Below are positions 38,376 to 51,344 of a stretch of DNA of 64,000 nucleotides, piece after piece. The notes beneath the pieces were generated by a model. That model saw only the letters and a program-made list of their open reading frames with translations. It did no database searches and was not told the origin of the DNA. A program made the translations under genes and the position numbers. The stretch is from Rhodanobacteraceae bacterium (GTDB taxonomy: Bacteria > Pseudomonadota > Gammaproteobacteria > Xanthomonadales > SZUA-5), in NCBI GenBank assembly GCA_016713135.1, contig JADJPR010000022.1:320861-384860 (forward strand), read 5' to 3'. Numbering within the stretch: the stretch's first letter is position 1; each line of letters opens with the position of its first letter.

Positions 38376-39131
38376 ATGCTTGACCGGCATCAACACGGCG
38401 ACATCCTCGAACTGCGGCTGGCACGCCCGCCGGTGAATGCGCTCAATCCGGACCTTATCGCAGCACTGCGCGCTGCGGTGCTTGCCGCGCCGGGCGAAGG
38501 TGCGCGCGCGCTGGTGATTTCCTCGCACCCGGGCCTGTTCAGTGCCGGGCTGGATGTCCCTGCCCTGCTCAAGCTGGACCGCGCCGGCATGATCGAACTC
38601 TGGCGCAGCTTCTCCGGCCTGCTCGGCGCGATCGCGTGCTCGCCGATCCCCACGGTCGCCGCCATCACCGGCCACAGCCCGGCGGGTGGCACCGTGATCG
38701 CACTGAACTGCGACTACCGCGTCATGGCCGAGGGACCGTTCAAGCTCGGCCTCAACGAGACGCAAGTGGGGCTGGCGCTGCCGCGCACGATCTATGCCTC
38801 GCTCGCCCGGTTGCTCGGCCCGCACCGCGCCGAGCGTCACGTGGTTGCGGGCAACATGATCGAATCCGCCGAGGCGCTGCGCATCGGGCTGGTAGACGAA
38901 CTGGCGGCGCCCGACCAGGTGGTGTTCCGCGCACTCGACTGGTGCCGCTTCCACCTGGGCCTGCCGCAGCGCGCCATGCGCCTCAACCGCGAGACCGCCC
39001 GCGCCGACCTGCGCGCGCTCTACCAGGCCGAGGACCCGGCGCTGGTCGAGGAATTCGTCGACGGCTGGTTCCACCCCGAGACCCAGGCGGTCCTGCACGC
39101 GCTGGTGGCGAAGCTCAAGGCCAGGGCCTGA
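38376..39131 (+). CDS. enoyl-CoA hydratase/isomerase (crotonase) family protein
   Basis: ILELRLARPPVNALNPDLI...LVISSHPGLFSAGLDV...ITGHSPAGG is the crotonase pattern. Confidence 0.8.
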   Translation: MLDRHQHGDILELRLARPPVNALNPDLIAALRAAVLAAPGEGARALVISSHPGLFSAGLDVPALLKLDRAGMIELWRSFSGLLGAIACSPIPTVAAITGHSPAGGTVIALNCDYRVMAEGPFKLGLNETQVGLALPRTIYASLARLLGPHRAERHVVAGNMIESAEALRIGLVDELAAPDQVVFRALDWCRFHLGLPQRAMRLNRETARADLRALYQAEDPALVEEFVDGWFHPETQAVLHALVAKLKARA

Positions 39132-39137
39132 GCGGGA

Positions 39138-39536
39138 TCAGTCCGCCAACCGGGCGGCCGCCTGTTCCCAGTTCCGGCCGTCGAAGCGCTCCAGCACACC
39201 CAGGTGGGCTGCACCGCCCTCGATACAACGCAGGTTGACGCTCCAGCAATCCGGATGCGAACGCGGCTGGTAGAAGCTCTTGATGCCGCAACTGCGGCAG
39301 AAGAGATGAGCCGCGGCGCCGCTGCCGAAACGGTATTCGCCGAGCGCGCCGCTGGGCGTGAGCAATTCGAATGCCGCGTGTGGCACGGTGACGTGCAGGT
39401 AAGCGGTCATGCTGCAGATCGAGCAGTTGCACTCCAATACGTCGAGTTTCTCCGGCCCACGGAAGCGGAATCGAACCGCGCCGCAATGACAGCCGCCGTG
39501 GTACTCAACATCGCCTTGATTGACGAAATCCGCCAT
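39138..39536 (-). CDS. GFA (glutathione-dependent formaldehyde-activating-like) family protein
   Basis: Zinc-binding Cys pattern: GGCHCGAVRF...CNCSIC...FCRSCG. Confidence 0.85.
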   Translation of the reverse strand: MADFVNQGDVEYHGGCHCGAVRFRFRGPEKLDVLECNCSICSMTAYLHVTVPHAAFELLTPSGALGEYRFGSGAAAHLFCRSCGIKSFYQPRSHPDCWSVNLRCIEGGAAHLGVLERFDGRNWEQAAARLAD

Positions 39537-39540
39537 GGCG

Positions 39541-39693
39541 TCAGAACAGGGTGTAGATGAAGGGCGCGATCACCGATCCCTTGACCGCCACCAGAATGCC
39601 GCCGATGGCCACCAACACCAGCACGATCGGCATCAGCCAGTACTTCTTGCGCACCCGCAGGAAGGCCCAGAGTTCACGCAGGATGTCGAGCAT
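39541..39693 (-). CDS. DUF5989-like small membrane protein (50 aa)
   Basis: MLDILRELWAFLRVRKKYWLMPIVLVLVAIGGILVAVKGSVIAPFIYTLF. The C-terminal APFIYTLF motif is characteristic of the family as I recall it. Confidence 0.6.
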   Translation of the reverse strand: MLDILRELWAFLRVRKKYWLMPIVLVLVAIGGILVAVKGSVIAPFIYTLF

Positions 39694-39862
39694 GGGCGGG
39701 GTTTGCAGCCAGAGATCGCGCAAGTATCGCGCATGGCCCGCCATTCGCCATAGGTCGCGCTCCCCACGTCGCTGGCTTGGGCCATAATCGTGGGCTGTTC
39801 CGGTTGCCAGGCCTTCCCGGGCCGGCGCCGGGCGTGAAGTCCCTTCCCCACGGAGCCCGATC

Positions 39863-42544
<2,682 letters not shown>

Positions 42545-42822
42545 GGCCGACGGACGCCTCCTGCCGTCCATGGCGGCGGTCGCGTCCTGCCGGGCCATCC
42601 TTGGCCCGGCGTTCAGCCCTCGCGCGGCATGCCGCGCGTCGGCTCCGCCGACCGGGCCTCACCCGCCACGGCGGCATCCTGCCGTACGTGTTGCGCCAGC
42701 TGGCGGCCTGACCGGCGCCCTCCACCACCCGGTGCGCCACGCGTACCGGGTGGCGTCCAGCGACGCCGTGCATGCAGTTTCAGCCGTTATGCTCTGGGGC
42801 CTCTGCCCTGGAAGCCCATCCC

Positions 42823-43197
42823 ATGAGCGCAGCTGCACAGCCCCTCAACGTGCTCGGCACGCCGCTGAAGCCTTGTAGCACCGAGCCGATGACCGGATGG
42901 TTCCGCGATGGCTGCTGTCGCGGCGATCCGGCCGATCGCGGGTTGCACCTGATCTGCGCCGTGATGACCGCCGAATTCCTGCGCTTTTCGAAGGCCGAAG
43001 GCAACGACCTCAGCACGCCGCGGCCGGAATACGGTTTTCCCGGGTTGCTGCCGGGGGACCGCTGGTGCCTGTGCGCGACGCGCTGGCGCGATGCCTACGC
43101 CGCCGGCATGGCGCCGCAGGTGGTGCTGGAGGCCACCCACCTGAACGCGCTGGGCGTGGTCTCGCTGGATCAGCTGCGCGAGTACGCCGCGGCCTGA
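42823..43197 (+). CDS. DUF2237 family protein
   Basis: TGWFRDGCC...HLICAVMTAEFLRFSKAEGNDLSTP...GDRWCLCATRW is the family pattern. Confidence 0.75.
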   Translation: MSAAAQPLNVLGTPLKPCSTEPMTGWFRDGCCRGDPADRGLHLICAVMTAEFLRFSKAEGNDLSTPRPEYGFPGLLPGDRWCLCATRWRDAYAAGMAPQVVLEATHLNALGVVSLDQLREYAAA

Positions 43198-43213
43198 GGT
43201 CCGGGGCCGGCGC

Positions 43214-43855
43214 TCAGGGCGCGCCAGCCACTTCGACCATCGCTTCGTTGCGCCGCAGCGGCGGCAACACCCAGGGCGCGTTGTAGCGCGCGGTCCACGG
43301 TGCACCCACGGTCTCGATGCCCGCATCGGCCAGCGCCTGCGTGAGTTCGGCCGTGTGCCCGGCGAACTGCGCCTCGGTTCCACGTCCGGAAAATCGCAGG
43401 GCCGCGACCCGCCTGCCGGGCACCTGGCGCAGCACCACTCGCGGGTCGAGCGGCTGCGGCAGCGTCTCCAGGGTGTAGCCGGCCGGCATGTAGAACGCGA
43501 TTCGCCAACGGCCATCGCCCTCGCTTGCCGCGTCCACTGGCGCTGTCATGGCGATCTTTTGCCCAACGTCGGGCGCCATCGCCACCGGCGCGGTCATCGC
43601 GATCTTCTCGTCGCCACGGTTGTCGCCGAAGATATAGCCCGCCAGCCGGCGGAAACCGACATTGCCTGCGTCGCCATAAGAGCCACCGTCGACCAGGGTT
43701 TCGGCGACCACGGTATCGCCGTAGCGTCGGATCTCGACGCCGGATTCCAGCGTGCGTTCGACTGTGTACGGGACCTGCTCGGTTGCCATCGCCACCTCGG
43801 TTTGCAAACTCGCAGCCAGGAAAGCAGCGAGGGATGCCATCAGCCGTCCAGTCAT
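43214..43855 (-). CDS. SOUL heme-binding-like protein, exported
   Basis: A signal peptide is followed by VPYTVERTLESGVEIRRY...FRRLAGYIFGDNRG..KIAMTAPV. Confidence 0.75.
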   Translation of the reverse strand: MTGRLMASLAAFLAASLQTEVAMATEQVPYTVERTLESGVEIRRYGDTVVAETLVDGGSYGDAGNVGFRRLAGYIFGDNRGDEKIAMTAPVAMAPDVGQKIAMTAPVDAASEGDGRWRIAFYMPAGYTLETLPQPLDPRVVLRQVPGRRVAALRFSGRGTEAQFAGHTAELTQALADAGIETVGAPWTARYNAPWVLPPLRRNEAMVEVAGAP

Positions 43856-43924
43856 GCTCAGATTCCGGATCCAGGGTGGACAGCATGGAGCATGCCGCGT
43901 GTGCGCCATGCATCTGGCTGCGCG

Positions 43925-46150
43925 TCAGCGGAGGCCGCGCGCCACCCACACCTGCCCCAGGCTGATCGCGCCGTCGTTCGGCGGCAGCAGGCGGGGCAGC
44001 AAGGGCTTCAGTCCCTGCGCACGCAACCCCGATACCAGGTTCTCGGCCAGCACCCGGTTCAGCAGGCAACCGCCGCCCAGAGCCACCGTGTCCAGCCCCT
44101 GCGCGCGCGCCGCCGTGCCGACCCATTCGGCCAGTGCTGCCGCCAGCGTGCCGTGGAACAAGTTGGCGCCGTCGACCGGGCTGATCCCGGGTTGCGCGAG
44201 TGCAGCCAGCAACGGCGTGGGATCGAGTACGCCATTCTCGATGCGCCAGCCGCCCGCGAGCACGCGCGGCGCGTCGACCAGCCCTTCCAGTGCCATCGGC
44301 GCCTGTCCCTCATGGCTGGAATGCCAGTGCAGCCCGAGCAGGCCGCAGGCGGCATCGAACCAGCGTCCGGCGCTGGTGGTGAGTGGTGCCAGGCCGCGGT
44401 CGAGCACTTGGCGCACTGCCGGCGCCAGGCTTTCCGCGCCGAATCGCGCCGGGATCTGCTCGCCCTGCCCGGCCAAGTGCAGCGCCGCCGCGGCGCACCG
44501 CCAGGTCTCGCGCGCGCAGCGGTCGCCGCCCGGCAGCGGCAACGGTCGCAGGTGGCCGATGCGCTCACAACGTGCGCCATCCACGCGCAGCAACTCGCCG
44601 CCCCAGGCGCCCCCGTCGTCGCCCATCCCATAGCCATCCAGCGCCACGCCGAGCACGCCGTGGTGCACCGCATGCTCGGCGAGTACCGCCGCGATATGCG
44701 CATGGTGGTGCTGCACCCGGGTCAGCGGCAGGCCGCTGGCGCGCGCCAGCTCGCTGCTGGCGAAATCCGGGTGCAGATCGCAGACCACACGTTCCGGGCG
44801 CACGGCGAGGATGCGCGACAGCTGCCTCGCGGTTTCCTGCAGGAAGCGGCGGGCCTCGGGATTGTCGAGATCGCCAACATGCTGCGACACGAAGGCCTGG
44901 CGTCCACGCGTGATGCAAAGCGTGTTCTTGAGGTAAGCGCCGACGCCCAGCAGCGGCGGCCCGTCGCTGCCCAGGTCGATCGGCTCCGGCACGTAGCCGC
45001 GCGCGCGGCGGATGAAGGCCGGCGCGCCGTCGACCAGGTGCATCACCGAGTCGTCGCAGCGCACCAGGATCGGGCGGTCGTGGCCGACGATACGATCGGC
45101 GATGCCCGCGAGGCGTTCGCGCGCGGCCTCGTCGGTGTGCACCAGCGGTTCGCCGTGCGGATTGGCGCTGGTCATCACCAGCGCCAGCGGCCAAGGCTGG
45201 CGCAACCAGTCGTCGCCCGCCGGCTCGCCGGCCGCCGCATGACACAGCAGCCAGTGGATCGGCGTGTACGGCAGCATCACGCCGACGCTCGGCAGATCCT
45301 GGGAGACCGACGGCGCAAGGCCATGGCTGGCCTGCGCGCGCAGCACCACAATCGGGCGTTCGCGCGATTGCAGCAGGCGTGCCGCGGTGTCGTCGACCTG
45401 CGCCACCCGGCGCGCCGATGCGAGATTGCTGACCATCACCGCCAGCGGCTTGGCTTCGCGCTGCTTGCGCGCGCGCAGCCGCGCAACGGCCGCCTCGTTG
45501 CGCGCATCACAGACCAGGTGGAAGCCGCCGAGTCCCTTGAGCGCGACGATCTCGCCGGCGGCCAGCCAGGCCATGATCTCGCGCGGATCGGCGTCGAGCC
45601 GCGGCCCGCACGCGCTGCAAGCGGTGGACTCGGCGTGGAAGCGACGGTTGCCGGGATCACGGTACTCGCGCTCACAATCGGGGCACAGCGGGAATCCTGC
45701 CAACGCGGTCTGCGGCCGGTCGTATGGGAGAGAGGCGCAGATCGTGAAGCGCGGTCCGCAGTGGGTGCAGGTGATGAAGGGATAATGAAAGCGCCGGTCG
45801 GCGGGATCGAGGAGTTCGCCCAGGCAGTCGGTGCAGACGCCGACATCCGGGCCGATGCTGGTGCTGAGCGCCCCACCCGCCGGACTGTCGACGATCCGGA
45901 AGCCGTCCTCCCGGTCCACCGTCTCGATCGCGCCCACCTCGATCGAATCGATGCGCGCCAGCGACGGCGGATCTCCGGTGAGTGCCGCGGCCAGTTCCTC
46001 GCTGCGCGGCCCCTGGACCTCGATCAGGACGCCCTGCGCATCGTTGCGCACCCAGCCGACCAGCCCCAGGCGGTGCGCCAGCGCGTGCACGCTGGGCCGC
46101 AAGCCGACGCCCTGCACCCGGCCGCGCACGCGGATGCGCAGGCGCGGCAC
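43925..46150 (-). CDS. hypF: carbamoyltransferase HypF
   Basis: Acylphosphatase N-terminus: IRVRGRVQGVGLRPSV. Two CxxC-x18-CxxC zinc-finger pairs. A YrdC-like and Kae1-like C-terminal region. Confidence 0.9.
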   Translation of the reverse strand: MPRLRIRVRGRVQGVGLRPSVHALAHRLGLVGWVRNDAQGVLIEVQGPRSEELAAALTGDPPSLARIDSIEVGAIETVDREDGFRIVDSPAGGALSTSIGPDVGVCTDCLGELLDPADRRFHYPFITCTHCGPRFTICASLPYDRPQTALAGFPLCPDCEREYRDPGNRRFHAESTACSACGPRLDADPREIMAWLAAGEIVALKGLGGFHLVCDARNEAAVARLRARKQREAKPLAVMVSNLASARRVAQVDDTAARLLQSRERPIVVLRAQASHGLAPSVSQDLPSVGVMLPYTPIHWLLCHAAAGEPAGDDWLRQPWPLALVMTSANPHGEPLVHTDEAARERLAGIADRIVGHDRPILVRCDDSVMHLVDGAPAFIRRARGYVPEPIDLGSDGPPLLGVGAYLKNTLCITRGRQAFVSQHVGDLDNPEARRFLQETARQLSRILAVRPERVVCDLHPDFASSELARASGLPLTRVQHHHAHIAAVLAEHAVHHGVLGVALDGYGMGDDGGAWGGELLRVDGARCERIGHLRPLPLPGGDRCARETWRCAAAALHLAGQGEQIPARFGAESLAPAVRQVLDRGLAPLTTSAGRWFDAACGLLGLHWHSSHEGQAPMALEGLVDAPRVLAGGWRIENGVLDPTPLLAALAQPGISPVDGANLFHGTLAAALAEWVGTAARAQGLDTVALGGGCLLNRVLAENLVSGLRAQGLKPLLPRLLPPNDGAISLGQVWVARGLR

Positions 46151-46152
46151 GC

Positions 46153-46992
46153 TCAGGCCCGCAATGCGCTGCGGGCGGAATCGATCCAGTCCGACCAGGC
46201 GTCAAGACCCTCGCCGCTGCGCGCCGACGTCCGGATCACCTCGATGTCGGGCTGCACCCGCCGCGCATTGGCGATCAGCAAGTCGACATCGAAATCGAGA
46301 TGCGGCAGGAGGTCGCACTTGGACACCAGCATCAGGCGCGAAGCCGCGAAAATGTTGGGGTACTTGAGCGGCTTGTCCTCGCCCTCGGTGACCGATGCCA
46401 GCACCACCTTGTGCGCCTCGCCGAGGTCGAAGCCCGCTGGGCACACCAGGTTGCCGACGTTTTCGATGAAGACTACGCCGCCATCGACTGCCGGCAGTCG
46501 CTCCAGCGCACGCGCGACCATCGACGCATCCAGGTGGCAGCCCTTGCCGGTGTTGACCTGGATCGCCGGGACTCCGGTGGCGCGGATACGCTCGGCATCG
46601 TGACTGGTCTGCTGGTCGCCCTCGATCACGCCGAGCGGCATCCCGCCGCGCGCCCGCATGGCCTGCAGCGTGCGCACCAGCAGGCTGGTCTTGCCCGACC
46701 CGGGGCTGGACACCAGGTTCAGTGCGAGCACCTGATGGGCGCTGAAGTGAGCGCGATTGCGCTGCGCCCATGCGGCGTTCTTCGACAACAGGTCCGCCTC
46801 GATGCGCACCAAGCGCGATTCGCTGATACCGGGCGCCGACAGTCCGGAGGCGCTTGCCGCGATCAGTCCGCGATCCACCGCCGCTTCCTCGGGGGCCACC
46901 AGTTCCAGCGGCTCCGTGGGAGCGCGATGCTTCCAGACCAGCCCGGCATGGATGCTCACCTCGCCCTTGCCGCAACCGCACACGGTGCACAT
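46153..46992 (-). CDS. hypB: hydrogenase nickel-incorporation GTPase HypB
   Basis: N-terminal MCTVCGCG nickel site. P-loop: [11 protein letters not shown]. Also contains [10 protein letters not shown]. Confidence 0.9.
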   Translation of the reverse strand: MCTVCGCGKGEVSIHAGLVWKHRAPTEPLELVAPEEAAVDRGLIAASASGLSAPGISESRLVRIEADLLSKNAAWAQRNRAHFSAHQVLALNLVSSPGSGKTSLLVRTLQAMRARGGMPLGVIEGDQQTSHDAERIRATGVPAIQVNTGKGCHLDASMVARALERLPAVDGGVVFIENVGNLVCPAGFDLGEAHKVVLASVTEGEDKPLKYPNIFAASRLMLVSKCDLLPHLDFDVDLLIANARRVQPDIEVIRTSARSGEGLDAWSDWIDSARSALRA

Positions 46993-47062
46993 CGCCGGAT
47001 CTCCCGCAGCCACGCGATGGGCGCCAGCTTAGCGCGACGCCGGCCGGTGGAAATGAGCAGGA

Positions 47063-48022
47063 TCAACCTGCGGTGTCGGCAGAACGTAACTCGACGGCCA
47101 CGCAGGGATCGAACGCGGCGATGATCCAGCGCACGGCGCGCAGCGGATCGCGCGCCTGGCGCAAGTGCGCCAGCAGCTGCACCGCCGGACCGCCGGGCGC
47201 AAATTGGCGATCCGTCGGCGCCTCGACCTGGCAACCCACCCAACGGCCTCCAGCCAGCGTCACGCGGTACTCCAGGGGTCCGCGCGCGGTCTGCACGCTG
47301 CCTTGCCCGGTGCCGGCCCATTGCCGGTTGAGATCCGCTGCGGCGGGCGATGGCAGCAAGACTGCGCTGGACTGCAAGCGTGCCGCCAGGATTCCAAGGC
47401 CCGCGCGCGTGCCGTTCGCCAGTTCCTCGAAGCTTCGCTGCAACCAGCCGCGCCACAGCGCTCCGGCGCCGGCGAGCGCCTGGTCGATGCCGCCCTGCAC
47501 ACGTTCGCCCGCCCGCAAGGACTGCAGGCCGGACTGCAGCTCCGCCAGATGTTCGCGCGCCTGCTGCAGGGCAGGCAGGTCGGGAGACAGTCGTCCACCG
47601 CCGGGGCGGCACCAGTCGCCATCCGGATAACTGGCTCGGGCGATTTGCGCGACCAGCTTGCGCGCCGCCGCCACCGGCGCCGGCTCCATCGGGAGCGCCA
47701 GCAGTTGCATCCAGTCGATGCACTCGCGCCAGATGTGCGCGGCCACCGCATCGGCGATTGCCAGCGTGGCGCGCGCAGCGACGTGCGCAGGATCGGGCAC
47801 GATCCCGGCGGCGTTCTCCACCGCCTCCAGGGCCGCCAGCGCATGCGCGCTGCCGCACAACGGAAACAGCTTCGGCAACAGCCGCAGGCAGTCGTCTGGC
47901 GTGCGGCCCTCGAGCCCATTCAGGATTCGCAACGGGCGCTGCAACTGCAGGTCGACGCCGTCCACCCTGCACCCGTCGGCGCGCACGCGCGCGATCAGCA
48001 CACCGCTGTCGGCTGCCACCAT
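47063..48022 (-). CDS. hupK: HupK/HoxV-like large-subunit-related scaffold protein
   Basis: LFPLCGSAHALA resembles the degenerate L1 motif, and the C-terminal FDPCVAVEL retains a single Cys. The gene sits between hypA and hypB. The start is uncertain. Confidence 0.6.
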   Translation of the reverse strand: MVAADSGVLIARVRADGCRVDGVDLQLQRPLRILNGLEGRTPDDCLRLLPKLFPLCGSAHALAALEAVENAAGIVPDPAHVAARATLAIADAVAAHIWRECIDWMQLLALPMEPAPVAAARKLVAQIARASYPDGDWCRPGGGRLSPDLPALQQAREHLAELQSGLQSLRAGERVQGGIDQALAGAGALWRGWLQRSFEELANGTRAGLGILAARLQSSAVLLPSPAAADLNRQWAGTGQGSVQTARGPLEYRVTLAGGRWVGCQVEAPTDRQFAPGGPAVQLLAHLRQARDPLRAVRWIIAAFDPCVAVELRSADTAG

Positions 48023-48042
48023 CCCAAGGGCGCCCGCCGTGC

Positions 48043-48384
48043 TCAAGCGACCTCCATGGCGCTCAGGCGCAACTGCTCGCCGTCGTCGATCCGCAGCGCT
48101 GACCCGCCACACTCCGGGCAGGCGTCCTGGCGGCTGGTGATGGCAACGCCATGGCCGCAGTCGAAGCACCAGGCGCGGCCGGGAATGATCTCGATGTCCA
48201 GGTGTGCGCCTTCCGCCGGCCCGCCGCGTGCGGCGCAGTCGAAACAGAAAACCAGTGCGGCCGGCTCCACCTGCCCGAGAGCGCCGATCGCCAGTTGCAC
48301 GCGCAGCACTCGTGTCGCGCCTTCAGCCTGAAGGTGCTCGGTGAGCAGGTCGACCAGCGACAGGCAGAGCGACATCTCGTGCAT
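48043..48384 (-). CDS. hypA: hydrogenase maturation nickel metallochaperone HypA/HybF
   Basis: MHEMSL N-terminus plus a CxxC...CxxC zinc site (CFDCGH...CPECGG). Confidence 0.85.
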   Translation of the reverse strand: MHEMSLCLSLVDLLTEHLQAEGATRVLRVQLAIGALGQVEPAALVFCFDCAARGGPAEGAHLDIEIIPGRAWCFDCGHGVAITSRQDACPECGGSALRIDDGEQLRLSAMEVA

Positions 48385-48396
48385 GGCAGCCCTGGC

Positions 48397-48900
48397 CTAA
48401 GTCTCGGCGCGATCGGGGACCACCGGCGCCATCGGGCGCCATCCTGCAAGGAACGCACGCCGACCCGGGCTGTCCACGCGCGGCACCGCCGGCTTCGCGG
48501 CGAGCACCTGCGCCAGCACCCCCCGTGCCTCGTTGCAGGCATGCGCCTGCGAGCCGAAGGCGTGCATCGGCGAATGCAGCGAGTGCGCCCAGTAGGCGCC
48601 GATGCCCTCGTCCCCACCGTAGACGAATCGCCGGGAGCCACCCGGCAGCGGAATGCCCCGCGCCTGGCCGAAACGCGTCGGATCCACCGGTGCCTGCTCC
48701 AGTGGCAGCAGCATCAGGTTCATGAACCAGGGCGTGACCAGCACGCCGATCAGGTCCGACTCGTCGAAGTGCGTGAACCCGCAGGCTTCCACCGACAATT
48801 GCGCGTTGTAGAACGGCAGCTCGCGCATCCGGGTATCCCCGATCTCGCGGAAATGCACCGCAAGCGCGCAGACCCGGAGGTCACTGGCGTGGTTGTTCAT
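48397..48900 (-). CDS. hybE: HybE/HupJ-like hydrogenase assembly chaperone
   Basis: Position in the operon plus GVLVTPWFMNLMLLP. Its start overlaps the hypC stop (tcat at 48897-48900). Confidence 0.6.
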   Translation of the reverse strand: MNNHASDLRVCALAVHFREIGDTRMRELPFYNAQLSVEACGFTHFDESDLIGVLVTPWFMNLMLLPLEQAPVDPTRFGQARGIPLPGGSRRFVYGGDEGIGAYWAHSLHSPMHAFGSQAHACNEARGVLAQVLAAKPAVPRVDSPGRRAFLAGWRPMAPVVPDRAET

Positions 48901-49133
48901 CGCGCTTCCTCCATCAAGACCTGCAGGCGGGCGTAGAGCTCGAGCATCTCGCATGCCTCCGCAGGTGTCAGTTTCGCCAGCGCGTGACGTTGCGCCTGCA
49001 CCGCCAGGTAGTCGCCCACGTTCACGGGCTCATCCAGCAGGTGCAGCAAGACCGGCAATTGCGTGCCGCCGCGCTCGACCACGGCATGCCCCGGACCCAG
49101 TGCGACCACCTGCATGGGCACGCTCAGGCACAT
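48897..49133 (-). CDS. hypC: HypC/HybG/HupF family chaperone
   Basis: The MCLSVPMQVV N-terminus (essential Cys2) was chosen inside ORF 48897..49436. 78 aa. Confidence 0.85.
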   Translation of the reverse strand: MCLSVPMQVVALGPGHAVVERGGTQLPVLLHLLDEPVNVGDYLAVQAQRHALAKLTPAEACEMLELYARLQVLMEEAR

Positions 49134-49621
49134 CAGGCCACCTCCAGCGCCGGCACGGCGGCGACGCCCAGCCGCCGCAGGCGCGCGAGCACGCACTCCA
49201 GCGCTGCCTCGCAAGCGCGCTCGCCGATGGGTGTCAGCTCCGTGCCGAGTTCGATCCCGGCAGGTTCGACCGCCACCAGCGAAAGTCCCGCGGGCAAGGC
49301 ATCCATCAGCGCGGCCGCGGCGAGCAGGTCCGACAGGCCGATCTGGTGCGGCGAGATGCGTTGCTGGAAGAAAGCGGGCACCGCGGCGCCCTGAAACTCG
49401 TGGATTTCGCCGGGTGGACCGTCGAGCCGCGCGCAATCGACGATCAGCAGGTGCTCGCAGGCGGCCACGTCGTCGAGCAACACCATCCCCGAGGTGCCGC
49501 CGTCGAGCACCTGCACCTGCGCCGGCAGGCGCCAGCGGGCCTGCAGGCGTTGCACGACATGCACGCCGATGCCCTCGTCCTGGAGCAGGATGTTGCCGAT
49601 GCCGAGCACCAGGATGTCCAC
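49133..49621 (-). CDS. hybD: hydrogenase maturation endopeptidase (HybD/HupD)
   Basis: The GTG start lies 2 nt after the large-subunit stop. Sequence reads VDILVLGIGNILLQDEGIGVHV...DGGT. Confidence 0.85.
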   Translation of the reverse strand: MDILVLGIGNILLQDEGIGVHVVQRLQARWRLPAQVQVLDGGTSGMVLLDDVAACEHLLIVDCARLDGPPGEIHEFQGAAVPAFFQQRISPHQIGLSDLLAAAALMDALPAGLSLVAVEPAGIELGTELTPIGERACEAALECVLARLRRLGVAAVPALEVA

Positions 49622-49623
49622 CT

Positions 49624-51331
49624 TCAGAAGGCCTTGACTGAAACGATCGGGCGTCGCTGCGGATCGCTCATGTGGATCGCGCAGGCGATGCACGGATCGA
49701 AGCTGTGCACCGTGCGCAGTACCTCCAGCGGCAGCTCCGGATCCGCCACCGGATTGTCCAGCAGCGCTGCTTCGTAAGGCCCCGGGCGATCCTGGTCGTC
49801 GCGCGGGCCGGCGTTCCAGGTCGACGGAACCACGGCCTGGTAATTGCGGATCTTGCCGTCCTCGATCACCACCCAGTGCGAGAGCACGCCACGCGGCGCC
49901 TCGTGGAAGCCAAATCCACGGATCTCGCCCTTGGGGAACACAGGCCGGTTCCAGGTGTCGAAATCGCGCTTGGCGATGTTCGCCATCAGCAGCTTCCACT
50001 GGTTGACCAGGCTGTCGTGCAGCACCGCGCAGCGCACCGCCCGCGCAGCGATGCGACCGATGGTGGAATGCAGCGCGGACAGCGGGATCTGCGCGCCGGC
50101 GACCGCACTGGCCTGCGCCAGCAACTTGTCCAGATGGCGCTTGGTCGACGCGTGGCCGGCCGCTGCCATCGCCAGCACATTGGCCAGCGGGCCCACCTGC
50201 ACGCGTTCGCCGTGGAAGGTCGGCGCCTTGATCCAGGAGTATTTGCCGTCCTCCTGGAAGTCGGTGTAGTTGGGCTCGGTCTGGCCTTCCCAGGGATGCA
50301 GCGAAGGCTGGTCGCCCGCGTAGCGATACCAGGAATGCCCGACTTCCTCCTTCACGCCGTCGCGGAAGAAGGCATCCTGGTAGTCATCGATGGCGCGGAA
50401 CTTCGCGAGGTCGCCGTCCGGGATGTAGCCTCCTGGCAGTTCGAACTGCGTCCCCATCTCGTCGAGCGGCAGGTCCGGTGCCGACAGATAGTGCGTGATG
50501 CCCTTGCCATAGCCGGTCCAGTCCGCGTACAGCGCACCCACCGCGGCGACGTCCGCCATCATCGCGTTGTGCACGAAGTCGCCGAGTTCGTCGATCAGCG
50601 CCTTGACTGCGTGAAGGCGCTCCAGCGTCAGCGTCGACTGGCTGTCGGGGTTGATCGCATTGGAGACGCCGCCGACCGCGAGATTCTGGATGTGCGGCGT
50701 CTTCGCGCCGAGGATGGAGACGATCCGGTTGGCGCTGCGCTGCACTTCCAGCGCCTGCAGATAGTGCGCGGCCGCCATCAGGTTGGCATCCGGCGGCAGT
50801 TTCATCGCCGGGTGCCCCCAGTAGCCGGAGGCGTACACCCCGAGTTGGCCGCTGGCGACGAAGGTGCCCAGTCGATCGCGCGCCGCCTGCATCTGTTGCA
50901 CCGAGTTGCCCTTGTAGTCCGACAGCGACTGCGCCAGCGTTGCCGCGCCGCCTCGGATCGCCCTGCAGCGAGGACACGATGTCCACCCAGTCCAGCGCCG
51001 CCAGGTGGTAGAAGTGCACCAGGTGATCGTGGATGCCGTGCGCGCTGATGATCATGTTGCGGATGTACTGCGCGTTCAGCGGCACCGGCAGCTGCAGCGC
51101 GTTCTCCACCGCCCGCACCGAGGCCAGCGCGTGCACCGTGGTGCACACGCCGCAGATCCGCTGGGCGTAGACCCAGGCATCGCGCGGATCGCGCCCGCGC
51201 AGGATCAGCTCGATGCCGCGCCACATCTGGCCGGAGGACCAGGCCTTGGTCACGCGGCCGCCGTCCACCTCGACATCGACCCGCAGATGACCTTCGATGC
51301 GGGTGATGGGATCGATCACGACACGGGTCAT
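49624..51331 (-). pseudogene. hybC: [NiFe] hydrogenase large subunit (HybC-like); one frameshift as sequenced
   Basis: N-terminal ORF 50384..51331 carries [11 protein letters not shown]-terminal ORF 49624..50901 carries DPCIACAIH followed by a 15-aa cleavable tail. The frames switch within about 50941-50957. An AGGAG ribosome-binding site is present. Confidence 0.9.
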
Positions 51332-51344
51332 GGGAGACTCCTGA

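Noticed and set aside
43355-46603. 1082-aa plus-strand ORF across hypF and hypB
   Set aside because: It is antisense to unmistakable HypF and HypB sequences, its composition is dominated by R, A, G and Q, and it has no recognisable motifs.
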